Assembly: GCA_943332105.1 (NCBI GenBank)
Contig: CALQOD010000002.1
Coordinates: 109-64,108, forward strand
From: Chitinophaga pinensis
GTDB lineage: Bacteria > Bacteroidota > Bacteroidia > AKYH767-A > OLB10
Reading direction: 5' to 3'
Length of the DNA: 64,000 nt
Shown here: piece after piece, positions 21,301-28,058 of the stretch
How the letters are laid out: each line of letters begins with the position of its first letter
Position numbering within the stretch: the first letter of the stretch is position 1
The notes under the pieces: generated by a model
Databases searched by the model: none
Seen by the model: the letters and a program-made list of their open reading frames with translations, nothing else
What the model was told of the DNA's origin: nothing
Made by a program: the position numbers and the translations under genes

Positions 21301-21797
21301 GGAGCATAAGCGTAATATGCTTGTCCTGTAGCGCCGGGATTAGTTAAGTTAGCAATATTGTTATTTCTGCAACAACGATCCGATATAAAATAATATCCTG
21401 TGGTATTAGCAGGAACAGAAATAGTAGTTTGATAAATTCCTTCTTCCACACAAACATTTGGAGCAAAAGAACAACTTGCACCAGCATTAGGAGGTACAAT
21501 TGCTTGCTGAGAAATCAAATTTAAATTTGCTGAAGCTACTCTTTGCTTCTGTCCTGGTGTTGCTGGATCATCTTGATAGGCTCCTATTGGAGTGCTGATT
21601 GGTAATTGAGAACTTCCAGGGTCGCATAAGCGATAAATTTTTAGCGTAACACGATAGTCGTATAACCCGGTACCTGAATTTAGACCTAAATATTGATAGG
21701 TCATATTACCACCCATTAAATGGGTTGCAAATGCATCTTGAGTGTTAATCATCAATATGCCTAAAAAGCAGATAACTGCAAGTAGTAGTTTTTTCAT
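15342..21797 (-). CDS. giant secreted repeat adhesin with T9SS type-B (gliding-motility-associated) C-terminal sorting domain
   Basis: 2151 aa. Signal peptide MKKLLLAVICFLGILMINTQDAFA. N-terminal domain with DVDGDSLSY and DINGDSLFL motifs. Ten tandem Cys-containing modules of about 83 aa, further Ig-like repeats and a PKD-like segment (WNFGDGNSSTDPNPTHVY). C-terminus NIFTPNNDGINDCFN...WEIYNRWGTKIF...GTYFYLLKA is typical of the CHU_C/Bac_Flav_CTERM domain. Confidence 0.9.
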   Translation of the reverse strand: MKKLLLAVICFLGILMINTQDAFATHLMGGNMTYQYLGLNSGTGLYDYRVTLKIYRLCDPGSSQLPISTPIGAYQDDPATPGQKQRVASANLNLISQQAIVPPNAGASCSFAPNVCVEEGIYQTTISVPANTTGYYFISDRCCRNNNIANLTNPGATGQAYYAYAPSPTISNNSPTFAVPPVPFICANDTASILNQAIDVDGDSLSYAFVTPFAGISSSGSPNPAAPITYTWPIPNVTYATNFSNTTPFGLNSFAAMDPATGLGIYVSPNQGYYVVAIEISEYRNGVLIGISRLDIQIIVINCPTNPAPVAANTQSSYTIQEGQTLCFNIGYTDINGDSLFLTHTGDVFNSTLVNPTATLANASGDSTVSSQFCWTTSCNQGRTTPYQFSTSATDNGCPAKVTNTVYTINIINTQKPSVMNGPDTLCLNSITGIAYSVSSTAGYTYQWLVTNGTQVSGTNTASATVNFTTTGLATVSIVALNPFGCPSDTLTKTVFIKPQPAAVAGIDVSFCSGGSASLGTATTNGYTYVWTPGTNLSDSLISNPTVTINNTGTTATSTTYILTTTLSGCTNKDTVVITSNPYPVANAGNNASICSGSSAPLGSLSTSGYNYTWTPSNGLSNSAVSNPVFSLTNTGNTPDTLQYILLVSNSFLCSATDTVQVIIRPVPTALAGADTSFCSGGSGLIGSTNTSGYTYNWSPSSGLTTPTSSSSTVSLTNTTTANDTVNYILTTTWFGCTAKDTVKVIVRPVPTANAGSNLYLCSGVNGQLGTLSTSGYNYTWTPSTGLSNPNVSNPIVSITNNGNSTDTIFYYLNTDLAGCQNNDTVRVVVAPIPNANAGVDQTYCSGQTITIGSPSTSGYSYSWTPTTGLTTPSGNTSTVTLTNTTTANDTVNYILTTTWFGCIDKDTVKIIVKPVPTANAGNNLYLCSGVNGQIGTISTSGYSYTWTPSTGLSNPSVSNPIVSLTNNGNSTDTVFYYLNTDLAGCQNTDTVRVVVGPVPTANAGLNQTYCSGQSVAIGSSSTSGYTYSWSPATGLNSTTTSNPTSAATNTGSSPITINYSVIATWFGCKDTATVDVTIKPVPVSIAGTNQLLCSGSSIQLGGATTNGYTYVWTPGTNLSDSLISNPTLTDTTTASTPDTLYYSVITELNGCTSTGSVQVVLSPIPTAQAGNDITFCSGQSGTIGDLSIVNYNYSWTPSTGLSVSNQSSSSVTLNNSTSNVVTTDYILTTNLFGCIDKDTVAVNVKPLPTSEAGAAVSSCNGDTITIGTNTTSGYTYVWTPTTGLSSNTSATTEVIISNTGTTPSTVYYTVVTTLNGCTTSDSVAVTSNPLPNVSAQATPSAICFGQSTSITASGATSYNWVELANPVVSIGAGSTLSVTPQSTTTYIVEGTSSANCINYDTITITVNALPTVQINSSSTSLCNGDTLTLTASGATNYNWIDLASGNSLGSATIINVYPSANASYALIGTDGNSCVNSDTININVNPAPTINSITGTLSVCPGASGVQYLVLNPNTTSSYNWAVTNGTITVGQGTDTVSIDWPGTQTLAVVSVIEVTDLGCPSDSVQLPVNINVVLDPIAPTGTSTICTNLAQGISYSTTNTPGSIYTWHAQGGTIVSGDGTSNVTVDWNVPGPQTVALWYDENSTTIDTVCAGVSDTLYVTINPTPVTSAITGNSAICVGDSGVFSVINTSGSSYNWSITGGTLNSASTINTTSATLTTVPGATISVQETNLYGCIGTTVTYNVTVNALPNADAGTNDTICTGTTTTLNANGGTNYNWTTNSTLDNLTISNPIASPTTNTTYFVLVTDANGCKKSDSVTVIVNALPNVTASNSTAICFGAWTTIIASGANNYVWTPSTGLSNPTSSNPGANPTTTTTYSVVGTDNNGCSNSANTTVTVNSLPTAVVSTGGTICNGGSISLTASGGSSYNWSPSTGLTSSTISNPSASPSTNTTYTVVVTDNNGCTDDDQVTVNVNDQPVASFAIDSTITVIGCQGVEITLINNSTFSLNYEWNFGDGNSSTDPNPTHVYAFGSSANITLIALNNQCSDTTVTPFGPGSLSDYFNNVPNIFTPNNDGINDCFNLGANTKFEDCTSWEIYNRWGTKIFTSSSSQTCWNGKKDNSGEDQPAGTYFYLLKAGSSEYKGTVLLNR
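17800..20307 (-). repeat. in-frame tandem array of ten modules of about 249 bp (83 aa) inside the adhesin gene
   Basis: Recurring pattern P-x-A-x-AG-x5-C-S-G-x7-G-x3-T-[SN]-GY-x-Y-x-W-[TS]-P-x2-GL...GC-x3-DTV-x-V. Exact DNA runs recur, for example the 32-nt run AAACTGTCGCTAAGATTAGTTCCTGGTGTCCA present in both near-identical stretches around 18431-18490 and 20171-20230. Confidence 0.85.
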
Positions 21798-22030
21798 AAA
21801 CTAGTTAATAAAATTGAAATAGTTGTTTTGATTGTTAAGGACCTCAAAGTAAATAAAAATCAGCTAATTTACCTTAAAAAACCAGCAATATAATTTTTGA
21901 TATTAAAGTCATTTAAATAGGACATTAGAATAGTTTAATAAACAATTCTCATTCGATGATAGCTAGTGCCTATTTAACCAATAAAAAAGCTATTTGAACA
22001 AGTTTTTTATCCTTCAAAGAATTTAGGAGA

Positions 22031-22066
22031 TAAAATAAAAATCCCTCCAATTTCTTGAAGGGATTT
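22031..22066 (-). terminator. hairpin terminator downstream of tRNA-Cys
   Basis: AAATCCCT...AGGGATTT stem (22039-22066) followed on the minus strand by TTTTTATTTTA. Confidence 0.6.
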
Positions 22067-22069
22067 TTG

Positions 22070-22140
22070 AGGTCGCGAGCGGATTTGAACCGCTGTACGA
22101 GGTTTTGCAGACCTCTGCCTAACCGCTCGGCCACACGACC
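22070..22140 (-). tRNA. tRNA-Cys (GCA)
   Basis: Hand-folded cloverleaf: acceptor GGTCGTG/CGCGACC, anticodon loop CTGCAAA, T-arm AGCGG TTCAAAT CCGCT. 71 nt, no encoded CCA. Confidence 0.9.
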
Positions 22141-22274
22141 TTTTAATGGTGGGGCAAACATATAAAAAAAATAAATACCCCTTATTATTAACTTGCGTCT
22201 TAAACTTAACTAGCTTAAAATAGTTACAAAGACTTTATAAGTTCTATCAGCGTATGTTAAATCAGGACAAAATT

Positions 22275-23453
22275 CTAAGTAAACGCGTTGAATCCTGTTA
22301 TATCCATACCAGTTATAAGTAAATGAATATCATGCGTACCTTCATAAGTAATTACACTTTCAAGGTTCATCATATGACGCATAATCGGATATTCGCCTGT
22401 AATTCCCATTCCGCCTAATATCTGACGAGCCTCGCGTGCAATCTGAATAGCCATATTCACATTATTACGTTTTGCCATTGATATTTGAGCTGGTGTTGCG
22501 CGATTTTCATTCTTTAAAACCCCTAATCGCCATGTTAATAATTGAGCTTTGGTTATCTCAGTAATCATTTCGGCTAATTTCTTTTGCTGCAATTGAAAGC
22601 CTCCGATTGGCCTTCCAAATTGTTTACGCTCCTGTGAATATCTCAACACTGTGTCATAACAATCTAATGCAGCACCAATCGCTCCCCAGGCAATACCATA
22701 ACGAGCAGAGTTTAAACAGCTTAACGGTCCTTTAAGTCCTTTAACAGTTGGAAAAATATTTTCTTTTGGAACTTTCACATTATCAAAAACTAATTCACCT
22801 GTTGCGCTAGCTCTTAAAGACCATTTGCCATGTGTCTCAGGAGTGCTAAAACCTTCCATTCCTCTTTCTACTACTAGTCCGCGAATATCTCCATTATCAT
22901 CCTTTGCCCAAACAACAGCAACGTCTGCGAAAGGAGCATTGGAAATCCACATTTTAGCTCCATTTAAAATTACATGGTCACCAGCATCTTTATAATTTGT
23001 TACCATTCCGGAAGGATTTGATCCATGGTCGGGCTCCGTTAATCCGAAGCATCCCATCCATTCTCCAGACGCCAATTTAGGTAGATATTTTTTTCTTTGC
23101 TCCTCAGTACCAAAAGTATAGATCGGATACATAACTAAAGAACTTTGTACTGAAGCAGTTGAACGAACACCGGAATCGCCTCTCTCAATCTCTTGCATGA
23201 TCAATCCGTAAGAGATTTGATCTAATCCACCACCACCGTATTCAACTGGAATATATGGACCAAATGCACCAATTTCAGAAAGTCCTTTGATGATTTGTGT
23301 CGGGAATTCTGCTTTTTGAGCGTATTCTTCAATGATTGGAGAAACATCTCTTTTAACCCATTCACGAGCTGCATCACGAATTAATTTATGCTCATCCGTA
23401 AGCAATTCATCCATTAAATAGTAGTCGTGCGCTTGATAACGATCTTTTGCCAT
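22275..23453 (-). CDS. gcdH: acyl-CoA dehydrogenase, glutaryl-CoA dehydrogenase-like
   Basis: GCFGLTEPDHGSNPSGM, WISNAPFADVAVVWAK and KWSLRASATGELVFDNVKVP closely resemble remembered GCDH sequences. 392 aa. Confidence 0.75.
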   Translation of the reverse strand: MAKDRYQAHDYYLMDELLTDEHKLIRDAAREWVKRDVSPIIEEYAQKAEFPTQIIKGLSEIGAFGPYIPVEYGGGGLDQISYGLIMQEIERGDSGVRSTASVQSSLVMYPIYTFGTEEQRKKYLPKLASGEWMGCFGLTEPDHGSNPSGMVTNYKDAGDHVILNGAKMWISNAPFADVAVVWAKDDNGDIRGLVVERGMEGFSTPETHGKWSLRASATGELVFDNVKVPKENIFPTVKGLKGPLSCLNSARYGIAWGAIGAALDCYDTVLRYSQERKQFGRPIGGFQLQQKKLAEMITEITKAQLLTWRLGVLKNENRATPAQISMAKRNNVNMAIQIAREARQILGGMGITGEYPIMRHMMNLESVITYEGTHDIHLLITGMDITGFNAFT

Positions 23454-23568
23454 AGTTATAATTTTTTGTTCAGCTTTTGGCTGCGAGGCGCAAAGGTAAG
23501 CTAAACACTCAATTTACGAAACAACCAGGTATTAAAATAGTTCAGCGAAAAGCAACTATCTTCTAAAA

Positions 23569-24171
23569 TTATTTTCTATCCACTTTGTATCGGATTTTTT
23601 TACCAGGCTTGACACCATACCATTCAGCTAGATAATCACAATTAATCCAATAGGCCTGGTAATTACAGGCTGCATGTTCAGTTAAAATCTTCTCCCATGC
23701 TTTAATCTTGTTGATGTTTTTACCCATTGATGTATTCCAAAGGAACAATATATAATGCGCCGCTTCTGGTTTGTTTTGACTAGCCTTGTTAAAAAAGCCA
23801 ATCGATTTGTAGTTTATTAAATTCGAGTCAGTATAATATACAGCGTTCGGATTTATGTCGCATAAATACATTAAAAGGTTTTCGACAGGAGCCGAGCAGT
23901 TTTCTTTTTTGTTTTGAAAATTTAATCTTTTCCAACTTGAATCCGCAATGATAATTCCAGGAGAATTAGAAAAAAGTGTAAGTGTTCTTTTTAGTTCAAT
24001 AGTATCTTTTAAAAATACAATTTTGTTATCATTTATCTCTTTCATTTTAGTAAAAGACCTTATTCTTTCTTCGGATTCATACCTCGGCATTTTAAAACCA
24101 TTAGCATGCAAAAGAATTCTTGTACAGCTTGTAAATAATAAGAAAATAGAAATGACAATTAAATTTTTCAT
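23569..24171 (-). CDS. hypothetical lipoprotein
   Basis: Signal peptide with lipobox (LLFTSC), 200 aa, five further Cys. No family recognised. Confidence 0.55.
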   Translation of the reverse strand: MKNLIVISIFLLFTSCTRILLHANGFKMPRYESEERIRSFTKMKEINDNKIVFLKDTIELKRTLTLFSNSPGIIIADSSWKRLNFQNKKENCSAPVENLLMYLCDINPNAVYYTDSNLINYKSIGFFNKASQNKPEAAHYILFLWNTSMGKNINKIKAWEKILTEHAACNYQAYWINCDYLAEWYGVKPGKKIRYKVDRK

Positions 24172-24261
24172 AGTTTTTTATATAAAGGAGGGGGAGAGCT
24201 TACGGGCTCAGCCCCCTATGGTGACAACAACAAAATCTCGGGCTTACGGGCCTGAATTATT

Positions 24262-24717
24262 TTAGTGGCAGCGAACGTTCAGTATATAACTGTCTCCATT
24301 ATCTTGTATTTCATAGATGCCAGGAGTCAGAATAATATTGGTATCGCTTCCTAAATCTCTGCTTATATAATTTGGAATTTCATATTCATTTTCTAAATCA
24401 AATATGGAATTATCCTGAAGTTTTTTATCCAATGATTCACTGATTTCTTTCTTTTGAATTTCGATTTGTAGAGTGTTGTTCTCATAGGATGCATATGTGC
24501 CTGCTGATAATGGATTCGTCCTGTCGAATGTACCGTAAAGGAATAGGCAAATGCCTGGGAAAACTTCACAATCGTATTTAGGTTTGCCCATTACAATTAC
24601 AATGTGAATTTTTGGAGGACGAACGCATGTAGTTGTTTCCTTTGTTGCTTCTGCATTTGTCGGAAGCGTGTTCATGATTGATAGCATCATGACAAGAGTT
24701 AAGATTTGTTTTTTCAT
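24262..24717 (-). CDS. hypothetical secreted Cys-containing protein
   Basis: Signal peptide (MKKQILTLVMMLSIMNTLPTNA), 151 aa, Cys in TTTCVRPP, YDCEVFPGIC and C-terminal VRCH. No family recognised. Confidence 0.5.
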   Translation of the reverse strand: MKKQILTLVMMLSIMNTLPTNAEATKETTTCVRPPKIHIVIVMGKPKYDCEVFPGICLFLYGTFDRTNPLSAGTYASYENNTLQIEIQKKEISESLDKKLQDNSIFDLENEYEIPNYISRDLGSDTNIILTPGIYEIQDNGDSYILNVRCH

Positions 24718-24832
24718 GTTTTTGTTTTTAAAAGGATTTTTAAATTGATTAATTGATGGGTCAAAACTATTGTCTCAAAAAGCGATTATCCGTTTACAAA
24801 CGTTTAGCAATTAACAAGTAAATGTTAATTAC

Positions 24833-24860
24833 AAAAAAAGCCCCTTCGGATGAAGAGGCT
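24833..24860 (-). terminator. Rho-independent terminator after the 298-aa lipoprotein gene
   Basis: Minus strand AGCCTCTTC ATCC GAAGGGGCT hairpin (one bulge) followed by TTTTTTT. Confidence 0.7.
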
Positions 24861-24885
24861 TTCAAATATTTTGTGTGAATATAAA

Positions 24886-25782
24886 TTAAGGAATCAATTT
24901 CTTTTCTTCTACTTGAATCACTTCACGTGTAACATTATCAAAAAGTATAGCATATATGTGTACCTGATTTGCGTTTGCGTTTGATGGAGATAGTTTAATG
25001 TTGTACGTTTTATTGAATACCTGACCAGCAGTAGTTGAGTTAGCAATTGTCTCGCCATATGTTCCTAAAAATGCGCCCCTTAAAACATGTCGGTGAACAT
25101 AATTTAATACATTAATCGCAGAGGGAGTCGAAGACATTTTCTGTGGCGCTATAATGCTGTCTTCTGCAAAATAAACAGCAAGATTAACAGGGTTCGGATA
25201 ATCATTTATCATTTTTACACTAATATTAGATGTCATTAAACTATCCATTGTATTAAACGAATTGTTAATTGTAATTCCAGCATCTGCTGGTCGCTGCAAA
25301 ATAGTATCTACTGTCGCTTCCCAATCAGGCCAATCAAATATATATTGCGAAGTAGTTGAAGCTTTGTATAATCGATTTATCATTCCTTTTGGAAATGATA
25401 AATTAATCAAATTAAAATCAGTAGCTATTGTTGTTCCAATCGTTGTATTGAAATCATCTTTTTGATAAATAGAATCAGTTCCATTTACAAAAACAGGGTT
25501 TGTAGTTGCGAAATATCCAGCATGAATGGATAATACAATCAATCGATCTCCATAAATATCTTGTAATCTTTTTGCTTCAACATGAGCTGCAGGACAAGCT
25601 TGACAGATATGTCCTGTAAAATCTTCTAATAATACTTTACGAACAATTGTGTCAGAAGTTGAATCTGGAGGAGTTACATTTCCCGCTACTCCATAAGGTC
25701 CTTCTATCTTATCACATCCGAAGAAAAGAAAGCCTAAAATCAGTGATGTGCAAAGTGTAAATAATTTTAAATGCTTTATCAT
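24886..25782 (-). CDS. Omp28-related lipoprotein with N-terminal CxxC motif
   Basis: Lipobox LFFGC, then VLLEDFTGHICQACPAAH, the E-[ED]-F-T-x4-C-x2-C signature I associate with the Omp28-related family. 298 aa. Confidence 0.65.
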   Translation of the reverse strand: MIKHLKLFTLCTSLILGFLFFGCDKIEGPYGVAGNVTPPDSTSDTIVRKVLLEDFTGHICQACPAAHVEAKRLQDIYGDRLIVLSIHAGYFATTNPVFVNGTDSIYQKDDFNTTIGTTIATDFNLINLSFPKGMINRLYKASTTSQYIFDWPDWEATVDTILQRPADAGITINNSFNTMDSLMTSNISVKMINDYPNPVNLAVYFAEDSIIAPQKMSSTPSAINVLNYVHRHVLRGAFLGTYGETIANSTTAGQVFNKTYNIKLSPSNANANQVHIYAILFDNVTREVIQVEEKKLIP

Positions 25783-25786
25783 AATA

Positions 25787-27424
25787 TTAAAATCTGCTTG
25801 TTACTGTTACATTAAATCCATTGCTTGCTGGTACGTATCTGCAAACACCTCCCACGCATAATAAACCTGCACGCTGACGAGCATAACCTAATCCAATACG
25901 TGTAGGGCCTTTTGTATATACCATGCTTGCATTATAATAATGAAAACGATGGTCAGGATCATCATTGCCATAATTCCATTCGTCAAATGCTGTCACAGAC
26001 CATTTAGGCGATACACTATATTCTACTAATAACATAGCCCAATTTTTTTTATCTTCTGCAGTTAGTAAATGTTGAAGCTCTGTACGAATACTATGTTTTG
26101 AATCGAATTTATGAAGGTAATCTACCACTGCGATATGAGACGTCACCTGCTTTTCACCAATCTTGCCTTCAATAACATTTTTATCATATACCTGATAGAT
26201 ATAAGTTAAAATCAATTTATCGTTCTTCGATAACTTCTTTGTTAATTCAAAATTTACATCTTGATAATAACGATTGTCGCCAATTGCAAAAAAATCTGAA
26301 GCATAACCTAGTGTATCGTTACTAACTGTAGTTCGTTTAATATCATTAACCGCAGACGCAGACAAGCTGATTTTTGTTCCGTATTCACCACCGAAGAAGC
26401 TACCAGGTTTACAATTAATATAAATTTCTCCTGCTGCTCCCATCTCTCCATTAGGCTGGGTAGCGAAAGGATATAAAGTACTTAAGCGATACGTTAATTG
26501 TTTGTTGATTGCTGGAAGATAGTTAATGAACAAACTATTTCCTGTTGCTCCTCTGTCGGAGCGATAGTTCATATTATCAACTCTTTTCCCAGATACTTGC
26601 GCTCCAAATCCTTTTATAGCATAGTTGATATTAACTAATAAAGCCTCACCGTTTTTATAAATGAAATTATTTACAATGGAAGGGTCATTAATCTTATTGG
26701 CGTATTCAGCATTTAATAACCAATTGCCATAGCTCATATTTGTTCTGAAGGCAAAGGCTCCAACGTTTTCTGGAAGAATTCTAGTTGGGCTATTATCTTT
26801 TTGATATTTACTTACAAAGCTACCGCCAACGCCTAACCGAAGTTTCTTGCTAGCCCATGAATCAAAAACATCATTCAACTGAACATCACCATCAAATCCT
26901 CTTACAATACCAGGTCCTTTAGCAAAGAAATTTCGTTGTTCAGCTACAAATCCTTTTAATACAATTCCTTTATAAGGATTGTACTTTATATGTAAACCAT
27001 CCATTGCATTATCTACTCCTAATGCTCGCTCTTCATAGCTTCTAAATATTAATCCATTACCAAACTGATCATAAAAGTTACCAGCAGTAATCGTGATTTC
27101 GTCCTTTGAAAATTGAGCAAAGCGATAAGTTATTCCGCTTCCACGATAGTTAGGATCAAATCCTTGTAAAGCATTCAAATAACTTTCGTAACGTAATCCT
27201 GCTTTGAAATTACCCGATTCGTAATTGAGATTAAAAAAGCCGTTGCTTAATAATTTCTCAGGTACATCTGGTGCAAGAATAGCGCTGTCGGGTTGGTAAT
27301 ATTGAGAGTTGACTTCAAAGTTACCAGAGATGTTGGACATTACGCTTGATTGCTGAGCATTCGCCTGTTGCGCTACAGAAATCAATGCCATGCAGACAAC
27401 TGTAATTCGTAATAGTTTATTCAT
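25787..27424 (-). CDS. predicted outer-membrane beta-barrel protein (possibly DUF6029-like)
   Basis: Signal peptide ending AQQANA, alternating Y/G/N-rich amphipathic strands throughout and a C-terminal aromatic residue (...NVTVTSRF). The family name is from memory only. Confidence 0.65.
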   Translation of the reverse strand: MNKLLRITVVCMALISVAQQANAQQSSVMSNISGNFEVNSQYYQPDSAILAPDVPEKLLSNGFFNLNYESGNFKAGLRYESYLNALQGFDPNYRGSGITYRFAQFSKDEITITAGNFYDQFGNGLIFRSYEERALGVDNAMDGLHIKYNPYKGIVLKGFVAEQRNFFAKGPGIVRGFDGDVQLNDVFDSWASKKLRLGVGGSFVSKYQKDNSPTRILPENVGAFAFRTNMSYGNWLLNAEYANKINDPSIVNNFIYKNGEALLVNINYAIKGFGAQVSGKRVDNMNYRSDRGATGNSLFINYLPAINKQLTYRLSTLYPFATQPNGEMGAAGEIYINCKPGSFFGGEYGTKISLSASAVNDIKRTTVSNDTLGYASDFFAIGDNRYYQDVNFELTKKLSKNDKLILTYIYQVYDKNVIEGKIGEKQVTSHIAVVDYLHKFDSKHSIRTELQHLLTAEDKKNWAMLLVEYSVSPKWSVTAFDEWNYGNDDPDHRFHYYNASMVYTKGPTRIGLGYARQRAGLLCVGGVCRYVPASNGFNVTVTSRF

Positions 27425-27443
27425 TGTGATTAATTAAGGTGCA

Positions 27444-27481
27444 AAAATAAAAACGGGAACCTAACTATTGTTAAGTTCCCG
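27444..27481 (-). terminator. hairpin terminator after the TlpA-like gene
   Basis: GGGAACCTAAC / GTTAAGTTCCC stem (one mismatch) followed on the minus strand by TTTTTATTTTT. It ends only about 20 nt before the next start codon. Confidence 0.6.
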
Positions 27482-27502
27482 AATTTATTTAATTATCAGT
27501 AG

Positions 27503-28009
27503 TTATTTACCCGAAAGCTTTTTTATTTCTTCAAACAGATTGTCTTCATCGCCAGCTGAGTAGTTATTATGCTGTGCAACTAATTTCCCGTTACCATCAA
27601 ACAAAAATGTATGAGGAACAGAGTTGACATTCATTGCTCTCTTAAAATCTCCATTAGGATCCAATAGAATTGTATAGTCCCAACCTTTCCCAGCAACATA
27701 AGGTGCTACACGGCTCATTGAACGACTATCATCAATCGAAACAGCAAAAACCTTTACACCAGTTTCTTCTTTCCATTGAGAATATTCCTCGTTGATTGCA
27801 TCTAATTCCGCAACGCAAGGCTTACACCATGTTGCCCAGAAATCGATGATGAATGGTTTACCGTCATTACTAATACTGGCTGTGTTGAATTCTTTCCCTT
27901 CTAACGTCTTAACACTGGCATGCCCCACATCTGTTTTAGTAGATGTAGTTTGAGCAATTGATAAATTACTGATTAAGGTTACTGTTACTAAAATAAATAG
28001 CTTTTTCAT
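27503..28009 (-). CDS. TlpA/Redoxin-family periplasmic thiol:disulfide oxidoreductase
   Basis: Signal peptide, then FIIDFWATWCKPCVAELD (WCxPC active site) and the VPHTFLFD cis-Pro region. 168 aa. Confidence 0.88.
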   Translation of the reverse strand: MKKLFILVTVTLISNLSIAQTTSTKTDVGHASVKTLEGKEFNTASISNDGKPFIIDFWATWCKPCVAELDAINEEYSQWKEETGVKVFAVSIDDSRSMSRVAPYVAGKGWDYTILLDPNGDFKRAMNVNSVPHTFLFDGNGKLVAQHNNYSAGDEDNLFEEIKKLSGK

Positions 28010-28024
28010 AATGGGGTATTAAAT

Positions 28025-28048
28025 AAAGGGACTCCGAAGAGTCCCTTT
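28025..28048 (-). terminator. hairpin terminator after the 688-aa T9SS cargo gene
   Basis: AAAGGGACTC CGAA GAGTCCCTTT, with TTTATTTAAT following on the minus strand. Confidence 0.6.
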
Positions 28049-28058
28049 TACAACGAGA

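Noticed and set aside
21970-22161. 63-aa ORF overlapping tRNA-Cys
   Set aside because: It is the antisense or overlap translation of a tRNA gene and its terminator.
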